This document shows positions 34,701 through 42,053 of a stretch of 42,053 nt of DNA, piece by piece. How positions within the stretch are numbered: position 1 is the first letter of the stretch; each line of letters starts with the position of its first letter. Source of the DNA: a virus (lineage: Duplodnaviria > Caudoviricetes). The notes beneath the pieces are model-generated. The model was given only the letters and a program-made list of their open reading frames with translations. It ran no database searches and was not told the origin of the DNA. A program made the position numbers and the translations under genes. Location of the stretch: positions 1-42,053 of IMG/VR virus record IMGVR_UViG_3300016484_001275. One strand, given 5' to 3'.

Positions 34701-35989
34701 CGTTCCCTTCCGCGACCACGGAGAGCCTTCTCGACGTCTGGCGCAAGGCCAACTCGACGGACTACGCGTACGCGATCGAGACGTTCGACGAGGGCCGAGG
34801 GTTCGATCCGATCGTCGGCCAGGCGGCGATGCTCGCGCGCGTCGCGGAGGCGGTGACGACGACGACGCAGGCGTGGTTCATCCTGCCGCACTCGACTCAG
34901 GTGGCTCCCCCGGCGGAGCGCGAGGACTTCGCGCGCGGACCGATCGACGTTCGACGGGCTCCGCCTGCGGTCGGTCCGATCACGCTCGGATTCGGCTCGG
35001 AGCTGGTCGCGATGGTTCACGACGTCGACGGGACGTGGACCGAAGCGTCGCACTACCGCGTCGAGTCGGAGACGACGATCGCGGCGGGCGACGCGGGGCC
35101 GATCTCGCTCCCGCTCCGCGCGCTTCGCGTGGGGTACCAGGGGAACGTCCCGGCGGGTCGCACGATGCTGTTCGCGCCGCTCGGGACGCTCTCTATCCCG
35201 GGCGCGGTCGGAGCGGGCAACGCGTTCCAGGACACGCCGACGACGGGCGTCGACAGGCTGACGGCGGGGCTCGTCGGGCGGTACGTCCGGATCGTCGGCG
35301 GACCGAACGCGGGCACGTTCCCTCGTCGCGTCGTCTCGATTCAACTCGCGACGTCTCCGGCTCTCTCGTCGACGATCGTTCTCGACGGGCCTGCGCTCGC
35401 GCCAGGAGCGGCCACGGTCGAGGTCCAAGAGCTAGGCGACCTCGGACTGGGGCTCGAGCTCACGCAAGCCCTGACGGGCGGCAAGCACGGGTGGCTCGAT
35501 GCGATGGGAGCGGAGCGGCTCGCGACTCGTGCGACGTCGGAATCTGACGTCGCGTTTCGAGCGCGGATCGTCGACCTCGCGGACGTGGTCTCTCCGGGCG
35601 CGGTCGTTCGGACGGCGTCTCGGATCCTGACGCCGCTCGGGATCTCGTTCCGTTTCGTCGAGGCGGGCGATCCGGAGATCTTCACCGGGTTCGCGTGGGG
35701 ACCGAACCTGATCGGGACCGGCGTGATGGGCTATCCGGTCTCGATCGACTTCGCGACGGCGCGACGACGGTTCGCGATCGTCGTCTCCGGTCTCGGCGGT
35801 CAGCTCGATGGAACGGACACGGATGTCTACCTCGGAGCGACCGATCGAAACGACGTCGACGGCGACGCGTACACGGACGGCTATCCGTTCGGATGGACGG
35901 CGGCGCTCCTCGCGCTCGTGAACGCGATCAACCAGATCAAGGCGGCCGGGATCGCCTGGAACATCCTGCTCGACCCGAGCAGCTTCTGA
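34697..35989 (+). CDS. Second baseplate wedge protein (gpI/gp48-like, extended)
   Basis: WLDAMGAER...ESDVAFRARI and terminal INQIKAAGI typical of gpI/gp48; follows baseplate J. Confidence 0.65.
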   Translation: MTFPSATTESLLDVWRKANSTDYAYAIETFDEGRGFDPIVGQAAMLARVAEAVTTTTQAWFILPHSTQVAPPAEREDFARGPIDVRRAPPAVGPITLGFGSELVAMVHDVDGTWTEASHYRVESETTIAAGDAGPISLPLRALRVGYQGNVPAGRTMLFAPLGTLSIPGAVGAGNAFQDTPTTGVDRLTAGLVGRYVRIVGGPNAGTFPRRVVSIQLATSPALSSTIVLDGPALAPGAATVEVQELGDLGLGLELTQALTGGKHGWLDAMGAERLATRATSESDVAFRARIVDLADVVSPGAVVRTASRILTPLGISFRFVEAGDPEIFTGFAWGPNLIGTGVMGYPVSIDFATARRRFAIVVSGLGGQLDGTDTDVYLGATDRNDVDGDAYTDGYPFGWTAALLALVNAINQIKAAGIAWNILLDPSSF

Positions 35990-36001
35990 GGAGAATCGAT
36001 C

Positions 36002-37399
36002 ATGTCTAAGGGGCCTTCTGTCTTCTGGAACCAGCACGAGCGGATCACGTCGGACGACCTGAACGTGATGTCGTCGCTCGGAGCGAAGCTCTCGCTCGAT
36101 CTCGCGACGTCGATCACGGACGGCGGTTCGATCGTCCACGGGCTGACGGCGTTCCCCGCTGCGAACGGCGTCACGGTCCGCGCGGGATCCCTGATGACGC
36201 GCTCGGCGGTGAGCGCTCCCGTCCCTCCGCTCGACGCGTCCTCGGACGCGGTCCCTCCGCTCTGGTTCGCGGAGAACCTCGGAGATCCGGACCAGACGTT
36301 CACGATGCCGGTCGAGGGGAACCACCGATGGGTTCTCGTCGAGGTTCGCGTGGTGCAGGACGCCGACGCGACGGCGGTGCGCGACATCCGAGACGTCGGA
36401 ACGGGGCTGTTCGGTCCGGCGCTCGTCTCGGTTCGACGAGGGTACCGGCTGGAGTTTCGGACGCGCACGAGCGCGCTCGGAGCGGTCGATCTTCCGGGAC
36501 CCGACGGTTTCGGGCTCTGGGCTCCCGTCTGCGGGTTCCGAACGATCGCGGGCGGCGGCATCCCCACGGAGCTGTACGACCTCCGGCGGACGATGGCGGA
36601 TCTCGTCGGAGACGCGGACTCGTCGTACGACCAGGGGCATTTCTCGTTCCGCGTCCGAGACGACGGGACGTTCTCTCTGTACACGCGCTCTCCGGCTCGC
36701 GCGCGTCGGATGACGATGCAGTACACGATCCCGACGGCGTCGGCGGAGAACATCTCGGCGTACACGGTCTCTGCGCCCGCTGACGGCGAATGGTGGATCT
36801 ACCTCTCGGCGGTGAACGGAATCGTTCCGAAGAAGTACCACCCCGACGGGACGCGCTTCTGCGGCGTCCTCTCGGTGAACAACCTCGCCCCGACCCGAAC
36901 GGTGATCGCGCGTCCTCGCTCGGTTTGGTGCGCGAACACGATGGTGCCCGTTCCTCCGTTCTCGCTCTGGTCGTTCAGCCCAGCGGATTCGGTTCTCGTC
37001 GGGCACGTTCGGCACAAGTCGGGCTCGTGGGTCGAGACGGTGCAGGAAGGGAACCACGTCCAGGTGCAGGCGACCGTGTTCGACGTTTCCTCGGTCGTGA
37101 ACCCGGCCGGGTCCGAGATCGTCACCTTCGACCTCCCGACGATCGCGGAGACGATCGACGTGGCCTGGTCGTTTCAGAGCGCGGACCGGATGATCTCGTT
37201 CGGGTTCCTGAACTGGCAGGACGCGCCGAAGTCGATCGCGTTCGGTTCGTACCTGCTCGGTCAGCCCAACAACGGCTCGTTCGTCTTCCCTCGTCGTGCG
37301 AGCGGACTCCGGAACCAGATGGACTTCTACACACTCGATTCGAGCCCTGCCGGCGGCAGCGTGACGATCGGTTTCGCGACGCAAGGATATTGGTGGTGA
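36002..37399 (+). CDS. Putative tail fibre/baseplate-attached protein
   Basis: GAGGAG RBS; N-terminal FWNQHERITSDDLN and IVHGL motifs; beta-rich C-terminus; last structural gene. Confidence 0.55.
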   Translation: MSKGPSVFWNQHERITSDDLNVMSSLGAKLSLDLATSITDGGSIVHGLTAFPAANGVTVRAGSLMTRSAVSAPVPPLDASSDAVPPLWFAENLGDPDQTFTMPVEGNHRWVLVEVRVVQDADATAVRDIRDVGTGLFGPALVSVRRGYRLEFRTRTSALGAVDLPGPDGFGLWAPVCGFRTIAGGGIPTELYDLRRTMADLVGDADSSYDQGHFSFRVRDDGTFSLYTRSPARARRMTMQYTIPTASAENISAYTVSAPADGEWWIYLSAVNGIVPKKYHPDGTRFCGVLSVNNLAPTRTVIARPRSVWCANTMVPVPPFSLWSFSPADSVLVGHVRHKSGSWVETVQEGNHVQVQATVFDVSSVVNPAGSEIVTFDLPTIAETIDVAWSFQSADRMISFGFLNWQDAPKSIAFGSYLLGQPNNGSFVFPRRASGLRNQMDFYTLDSSPAGGSVTIGFATQGYWW

Positions 37400-38088
37400 T
37401 GATGCGGATCCTCGTTCTCTACAGCTCGAAAAACACCCACGGCAACGACGCGGTCGGCGCGTTCATCCCGCAGGCGATGCGGTTCGCGAAGTCGCGGCGC
37501 GCGGTCGGCGACGTCGTCGATCTCGTCCCGTTCGATCCGACGATCGCGGATCGTGCGACGCGTCGCGCGCGGTTCCTCTCGCTCATCGAAGCGGCGGAGC
37601 CGTTCGATGCGTTCGTGTACTTCGGCCACGGACTCCGAACGGGACTCCCGTCGGCGGGGTTCACGCTCGCGACGTTGCCGGCGCTCGTCTCCGCGCTCCG
37701 AGCGAAGTCGCGGACGAAGCGGTTGATCGTCACCCTCTACGCGTGCTCGACGGCGAACACGCCGCTGCGCGGCGGCGTCGATGGCGATGGAGGGTTCGCG
37801 GATCGTCTCCGCGATCTTCTCTCCCTCGGAGGCGTCTCCGGATGGATCGATGCCCACACCGTCGCGGGTCATACGACCATCAACCGCATGACCCGACGGT
37901 TCTACATGGACGGCAAGACGGAGGGCGTCGGCGGCGGATGGATCGTCGCGATGGGTTCTCCGGAGTGGCGCGCATGGGGCGCGGCGCTGAAGTCCGACGA
38001 GTCGTTCCGGTTCGGGTTTCCGTACATGACCGAGACCGACATCGTCGCCCACCTCGCACAGAAGTCTTCCACGGCGGAAGGAAGGTAA
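37399..38088 (+). CDS. Putative clan CD (caspase/gingipain-fold-like) cysteine peptidase
   Basis: Beta-strand-His motif AFVYFGHG and beta-strand-Cys motif IVTLYACST, 39 residues apart; TGATG-coupled start. Confidence 0.6.
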   Translation: MMRILVLYSSKNTHGNDAVGAFIPQAMRFAKSRRAVGDVVDLVPFDPTIADRATRRARFLSLIEAAEPFDAFVYFGHGLRTGLPSAGFTLATLPALVSALRAKSRTKRLIVTLYACSTANTPLRGGVDGDGGFADRLRDLLSLGGVSGWIDAHTVAGHTTINRMTRRFYMDGKTEGVGGGWIVAMGSPEWRAWGAALKSDESFRFGFPYMTETDIVAHLAQKSSTAEGR

Positions 38089-38091
38089 CCG

Positions 38092-38559
38092 ATGCAGATC
38101 AGCGTCGAACCGGCTACGCTCGCGCCTCGCGACACCATCGAGGATGTACCGATGCCGCCAGAACGAGACGATGCCACGGAGCGGATCCGGATCATTGAAA
38201 CCCGCGTCGACGGGTTCGTCGCTCAAGTGGAAGAGGTTCGGATCGTCAAGAAGCTCGTCGGATGGGCGATCCCGTCGATCATCGTCGCAACGCTCTCGTT
38301 CGTCGTGACGTCGTCGGTCGCGTTCTACCGTCTGTCGCGCGTCGAAGAGCTCGTGACGAGTCACGTCTCCGCGACAGCGACGGACGCGCATCCTGGAACC
38401 GCTGACGCGCTCTGGCAGATTCGCCAGGACGTTGCGCAGACGCGGTCGACGGTCGAGGGGTTCGTTCGCGAGAACGAGCGCGAGCAGCGTGCGTCGGAGC
38501 AGCGTCTCGAACGGATCGAGACGGCGCTCGAGGCGGCGGCACAGCACAGGAGTAGGTGA
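38092..38559 (+). CDS. Single-TM coiled-coil membrane protein (holin/spanin-like); start may be 38152
   Basis: Hydrophobic LVGWAIPSIIVATLSFVVTSSVAF followed by a coiled coil. Confidence 0.55.
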   Translation: MQISVEPATLAPRDTIEDVPMPPERDDATERIRIIETRVDGFVAQVEEVRIVKKLVGWAIPSIIVATLSFVVTSSVAFYRLSRVEELVTSHVSATATDAHPGTADALWQIRQDVAQTRSTVEGFVRENEREQRASEQRLERIETALEAAAQHRSR

Positions 38560-38563
38560 GGCG

Positions 38564-38938
38564 ATGGACTGGCGGGTACAGATTCTCGGAGCGATCGCGA
38601 CAGCGTTCGCGACGATCCTCACGGCGGCGACGCCGTTTCTCGTTCGAGCGATCATCCGGAAGATCGAGACGTCGATGAACATCGACGTGACCGAGGCGAA
38701 CGAGCGAGCGCTGGAGCGCGCGGCGGTGCAGGCGGTCGCGTGGGCCGAGGAGCAGGCGCGCGTCGCGATGAAGTCGCGCGGCGTCTCGATGCCGTCCGAC
38801 GAGAAGCGGGCGGCGGCTAGTGCGTTCGTCCTCGCGACGCTCGAGCGGCAGGGCGTCGTGATCGACGAGGAGACGGTGTCGCGAGCGCTCGACTCGGTGC
38901 TCCACCGATTCAGGTCGGAGCGGACGCCCGAGATCTGA
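38564..38938 (+). CDS. Holin, LL-H family-like
   Basis: N-terminal TM segment then AAVQAVAWAEEQ...EKRAAA..FV...IDEETVSRALDSVL, the LL-H holin pattern. Confidence 0.7.
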   Translation: MDWRVQILGAIATAFATILTAATPFLVRAIIRKIETSMNIDVTEANERALERAAVQAVAWAEEQARVAMKSRGVSMPSDEKRAAASAFVLATLERQGVVIDEETVSRALDSVLHRFRSERTPEI

Positions 38939-38957
38939 TTCTCGACGGCACGAAAGA

Positions 38958-38993
38958 GAACGCCCGCCTTTCCATTCGGATCGGCGGGCGTTC
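38958..38993. terminator. Terminator-like hairpin closing the late operon (possibly bidirectional)
   Basis: GAACGCCCGCC / GGCGGGCGTTC 11-bp perfect stem 19 nt after the holin stop; A-rich 5' flank. Confidence 0.6.
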
Positions 38994-39049
38994 GTGCGTC
39001 AGGTCGTGAAGTAGGAGGTTCGAAGACCGTACGCGTGTCGGAGGGTAGC

Positions 39050-39630
39050 ACGGAGGAGCTCGAGGGGAACCCCAGCCGGTCGCGTAGGGCGTTCGCCCCT
39101 TGCCGAACGCGTCGCGGTAGGACATCCTCTCGTCGAAGCGGACTCGGGCCGCTGGCCCCGTTCTTCTGGACGCGCTGTAACGCGTCCCAAGTCGCCGACG
39201 CGGTAACGTCAAGGGCGACGAGGAGCGGGGCCAGCGGCGGAGCCTCGAGACCGTTGTGGACGTCGGCGCGGTCGTGTCGTAGTCTTTCCCGGCTGGCGCG
39301 TTACCGCGCGTCGGTGGGCTCCGAGGGAGCGGCGCAAGCCCCTCTCGGATGCGGTCCGAATAAGAGCCGTCCGACGTCGTCGGCGGTTCGAATAGGATCC
39401 CGATAGCCAGGGGAGAGTCCTACGGGATGTCCTGGCCGGCCTCGCGACAGACCCGCGTCGGATCAACGGCTTCACCGCCACCGACTTCCTGAGCCCCGAT
39501 CCTGGAATCCCTGACGCGTTGCGAGGGATGGAACGACGGCGACGAAGGACCGCACGAGAGATCGGCGGAGGGCGATCCCGGAATCACGACCACGGTCGTC
39601 CGGAGCATCTCGCGGGGGCAGGGGGGGAGA
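39050..39630 (+). ncRNA. Candidate large structured non-coding RNA (boundaries approximate)
   Basis: No credible ORF; nested helices, GCAA and cUACGg tetraloops, G-U pairs that work only on the + strand, complementary loops CGGUAA/UUACCG. Confidence 0.6.
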
Positions 39631-39710
39631 TTGTTTCCGTTCGAAGAGAGTCCCGGAAGGTCGGGAAGGCCCAGGAAAGAAGGGAGCGAAAGAAAAGAAA
39701 GCGACGAGAA

Positions 39711-39775
39711 GAAAAATACTGGATACCTGCCTCGAGAGGAGTAGAACTAGATCACCGGGTCGGTGGACGGTCCGG
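39711..39775 (+). promoter_or_regulatory. Repeated promoter cassette 1
   Basis: A-rich upstream, CTGGAT-17 nt-TAGAACTAG, then hairpin CCGGGTCG-GTGGA-CGGTCCGG. Confidence 0.65.
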
Positions 39776-39795
39776 GCGAAAGAGGAGAAAGCCAG

Positions 39796-40011
39796 ATGGA
39801 CTTCAACTACGGAACTCGAGTCGCGGACATGGTCGTCGTCCGGTTCGCCCGCGATGGGAAGCTCGTGGGCGTCTGGCCGCTCGGGACCTCCAAGGCGAAG
39901 ATCACGGCGGAGATCAAGCGGATGGGTCCGATCTTCTCCCGGGCGAACCTCCGCGCGCGGATCGAGCCCGTGACGCTCGACGCGAAGACGGGCGCGATGA
40001 TTGGCGACTGA
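39796..40011 (+). CDS. Small hypothetical protein
   Basis: GAGGAG RBS; ATG 39796 downstream of cassette 1. Confidence 0.7.
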   Translation: MDFNYGTRVADMVVVRFARDGKLVGVWPLGTSKAKITAEIKRMGPIFSRANLRARIEPVTLDAKTGAMIGD

Positions 40012-40162
40012 ACCCGCTGACGAGTCTCCCGGCGGGCGATCGGTTCGTTCTGACCGAGTCGGGCGAGGCGGAGTACCAGCGACTGGTCGAGACGGACGAG
40101 GCGGGCGCGTTCCGTTGATCGGGAGGGAATCGAGGCGGGAGAGGAAAAAAACGAGAGGCGAT

Positions 40163-40235
40163 AAAAAAACGTCGCGAGGGACTGGCGATATGCCACGAGC
40201 GCGGTAGAACTAGGATGCCGGTCACGGAGACCGGC
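40163..40235 (+). promoter_or_regulatory. Repeated promoter cassette 2
   Basis: A7 tract, GGACTGGCG-17 nt-TAGAACTAGGATG, hairpin GCCGGTC-ACGGA-GACCGGC. Confidence 0.7.
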
Positions 40236-40254
40236 GGAAGAGCGGGAAGCAAGA

Positions 40255-40497
40255 ATGACCATCCACACCGACAACTTCGCCATCCGCAACAAGACGCTTC
40301 GCGGCGTCACCTACCGTCGCGGAGACGCGGCGGGAGTCTTCAACACCTGGGGCGCGCCGCTCGTCCCGGTCACCATCGTCGGGTTCGCGGTCACCGCGAT
40401 CCTGGTCGAGCGGCCGTCCGCCCCGGGCGTCCTTCACGCGGTCTCCTACGACCGGATCCGGTCGCTCGACGGCGGGCGGTCGGCGGCTGGCCACTAG
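40255..40497 (+). CDS. Small hypothetical protein (SH3-like beta barrel?)
   Basis: Downstream of cassette 2; VTIVGF..TAILVE...HAVSYDRIRSL. Confidence 0.65.
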   Translation: MTIHTDNFAIRNKTLRGVTYRRGDAAGVFNTWGAPLVPVTIVGFAVTAILVERPSAPGVLHAVSYDRIRSLDGGRSAAGH

Positions 40498-40617
40498 GCC
40501 CGCTGGGGGCGGCCCTCCTCGCTTGAGGACGGCTGCCCGACGACGAGAAGGCGCGGACGTCGCGCCGAACGACGGGAAGGCTCGGAAGGCCCCACGGGGC
40601 GGAAAGCGGAGGAAGAG

Positions 40618-40824
40618 ATGGGAAGCAGGATGAAGAAAGTTCACCTCCGGGGGATCGTCGACGCGGCGGGCTCGATCCGTACGGGCGCGGCGTGCGGGCG
40701 CGAAGGGTTCGCGGTCAGCCCCTGGAACTTCGATAGCCTCTCGCGGCTGAACCCGGAGACGCTCTGCGGGGACTGCCTCCGGCGGCACTTCGAGACGGGC
40801 GTTTCCTGGTTCCCGACTCCGTGA
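40618..40824 (+). CDS. Small putative Zn-finger protein (start 40618 or 40630)
   Basis: KVH...AACG...LCGDC (H/C/CxxC); GGAGG RBS. Confidence 0.65.
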   Translation: MGSRMKKVHLRGIVDAAGSIRTGAACGREGFAVSPWNFDSLSRLNPETLCGDCLRRHFETGVSWFPTP

Positions 40825-40887
40825 GCCGTCCGCCCCGGTCCGGGACCTCCGGAACGGGACGTCGGAGAATCGACCAGGGGCGTGCGA

Positions 40888-40951
40888 ATAGTTCTAGACT
40901 CCGGGTCCGGGGTACGGTAGAACTATCTCACCGGGTCGGAGGACGACCCGG
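40888..40951 (+). promoter_or_regulatory. Repeated promoter cassette 3 with inverted repeat
   Basis: ATAGTTCTA-21 nt-TAGAACTAT inverted repeat; hairpin CCGGGTCG-GAGGA-CGACCCGG nearly identical to cassette 1. Confidence 0.6.
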
Positions 40952-40968
40952 AGAGAGCGCGGAAGACG

Positions 40969-41244
40969 ATGCGAACGAAAGCCGGAACGAGAACGAACAA
41001 GCGGGCGATGAGCGAGGAGCTCCGGGCGATCGACGGCGAGCTGTTCCTGGCCCGCTGCAAGGTCGACGAGGCGGAGCTGCGGGCGCGTTTCCTCCGCCCG
41101 GAGCGTCCGGAGGACCTCGACGCGTTCGACGCCTGGGAAGAGGCGTGCCAGGCGGTCGACGTCGAGTGTGGGCTCCAGGCGGCCCGTGAGCGGCTCTGGG
41201 CAGCCCAGGACGCGCTCCGGGAGTATCGGTCCCGGGAGGTGTGA
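40969..41244 (+). CDS. Small helical hypothetical protein
   Basis: Downstream of cassette 3; protein-like composition. Confidence 0.65.
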   Translation: MRTKAGTRTNKRAMSEELRAIDGELFLARCKVDEAELRARFLRPERPEDLDAFDAWEEACQAVDVECGLQAARERLWAAQDALREYRSREV

Positions 41245-41352
41245 ACGGGGCGGAACGGCGGGGAGAACCCCGGGCGCTGGAGGGGCTCAGGCCCGGGACG
41301 GCGTCGGGGAGGTATGCCACAAGGCGGCTTCGTAGCGGAAAGCGGACGACCG

Positions 41353-41423
41353 AAAAAAACGACGTCGGGGACTGGCGATTCTGCCCGATGGGAGTAGAAC
41401 TAGGATGTCGACGCGGCGTCGGC
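41353..41423 (+). promoter_or_regulatory. Repeated promoter cassette 4
   Basis: A7 tract, GGACTGGCG-17 nt-TAGAACTAGGATG, hairpin GTCGACG-CGG-CGTCGGC. Confidence 0.7.
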
Positions 41424-41440
41424 GGGAAGAGAAGGAAGAG

Positions 41441-41752
41441 ATGGAAGCGGTTTTGTCGGTCGTTTTTCGCGTCGAGTCGTTCTACGTCGGATCGATGTAC
41501 GACTGGTTCGGGGATGCGTTGTTCGAGCTCGGCGCGCGGATCGAGCCGGGCGCGGACGCCGGCACCTGGCGGCTGTCGGGCGGCGTCGCGGCGGACGTCG
41601 CGGAGTCGTTCTCGGAGATCGTCTCGCGGTTCGCGATCGAGGGTTCGCGGGTCGAGATCCGGATCATCCGCGCGGGCGGAAAGGTCGTGCCCGTGGTCGT
41701 CAAGAAGGTCGACGCGGTCGCGCGTCTCCGGGCGTACGTCGACGTCCTTTGA
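41441..41752 (+). CDS. Small hypothetical protein
   Basis: AAGGAAG RBS then ATG 41441. Confidence 0.65.
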   Translation: MEAVLSVVFRVESFYVGSMYDWFGDALFELGARIEPGADAGTWRLSGGVAADVAESFSEIVSRFAIEGSRVEIRIIRAGGKVVPVVVKKVDAVARLRAYVDVL

Positions 41753-41780
41753 CGTCGGGAGATCGGAAGGGAAGGTCGGT

Positions 41781-42008
41781 ATGGAGCGGATGAAGTCGGA
41801 TCGAGCGGACGTGGTCGAGGTCGAGCTCTGCGGTGGAGCGCGGGTCGTTCGGGGCGCGCGGATCGTGGTTCTGATCTCGCGATACGAGCACGAGAACGTG
41901 CCGTCCGTCGGGACGGTGGTCGGAATGAACGAGACGCACGCGCTCGTCCGCGTCGACCTCGAGAGGCGTACGCGTCTCGTCCCCTACGGTCGGATCGTGG
42001 CGGTTTAG
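41781..42008 (+). CDS. Small SH3/KOW-like hypothetical protein
   Basis: RGARIVV...VGTVVG...ALVRVD...RLVPYGRIVAV beta-barrel pattern; purine-rich RBS. Confidence 0.6.
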   Translation: MERMKSDRADVVEVELCGGARVVRGARIVVLISRYEHENVPSVGTVVGMNETHALVRVDLERRTRLVPYGRIVAV

Positions 42009-42027
42009 TACCGGTCGCGGTCGATCG

Positions 42028-42053
42028 AAAAAAAAACGAACGTCAGGACTGGC
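42028..42053 (+). promoter_or_regulatory. Repeated promoter cassette 5 (truncated by window end)
   Basis: A-tract then GGACTGGC, as in cassettes 2 and 4. Confidence 0.55.

Larger units (their letters stand above)
1..42053 (+). mobile_element. Partial genome of a tailed phage/prophage with contractile tail (myovirus morphotype)
   Basis: Co-oriented terminase, portal, MuF, scaffold, capsid, sheath, tube, tape measure, baseplate and holin-like genes in canonical order, many with ATGA/TGATG overlaps. Confidence 0.96.

Noticed and set aside
21798-37399. Tailocin, eCIS or T6SS interpretation of the contractile tail genes
   Set aside because: Complete head and DNA-packaging modules are present, so this is a phage
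39400-39480. Possible RNase P, tmRNA or tRNA identity (GGAGAGTCC, ACAGACCC)
   Set aside because: Only fragmentary resemblance; no complete P4 motifs, cloverleaf or CCA acceptor end found
39035-39608. Short ORFs within the structured region
   Set aside because: No protein-like composition or convincing RBS; better explained as non-coding structure
40008-40118. Protein-like reading frame LNPLTSLPAGDRFVLTESGEAEYQRL
   Set aside because: No clear start codon or RBS; may be a gene remnant but cannot be supported
39711-42053. CRISPR array or integron attC interpretation of the repeats
   Set aside because: Repeats are short, degenerate, hundreds of nt apart and have promoter geometry; no cas or integrase gene in the window

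Overview
The window is a large part of a high-GC tailed dsDNA phage or prophage (Caudoviricetes) with a contractile myovirus-type tail. Essentially all credible genes are on the + strand. Gene order: small accessory genes and a DUF968-like Zn/HNH protein; a ParB-like protein plus TAGT/GREB1-like glycosyltransferase; small and large terminase; four fibre/decoration-type genes; portal; MuF-like head protein with a C-terminal HExxH extension; scaffold; major capsid; neck genes; sheath; tube; a tail chaperone with a canonical -1 frameshift site; tape measure; baseplate; a lysis-position cassette; a ~600-nt non-coding structured region; and an array of promoter-plus-small-gene cassettes. No replication, integrase, tRNA or CRISPR features are visible, so the genome continues outside the window. 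Most notable: (1) a candidate large structured ncRNA at ~39.05-39.63 kb with complementary hairpin loops; (2) a His-Cys clan CD (caspase/gingipain-fold-like) peptidase where an endolysin is expected, next to holin-like genes; (3) a MuF-metallopeptidase fusion with a small downstream ORF; (4) a covarying RNA hairpin shared by the scaffold and capsid leaders; (5) a ParB-glycosyltransferase module with no visible TET or methylase partner. All calls come from motif recognition and synteny by eye. No database searches or folding programs were run.
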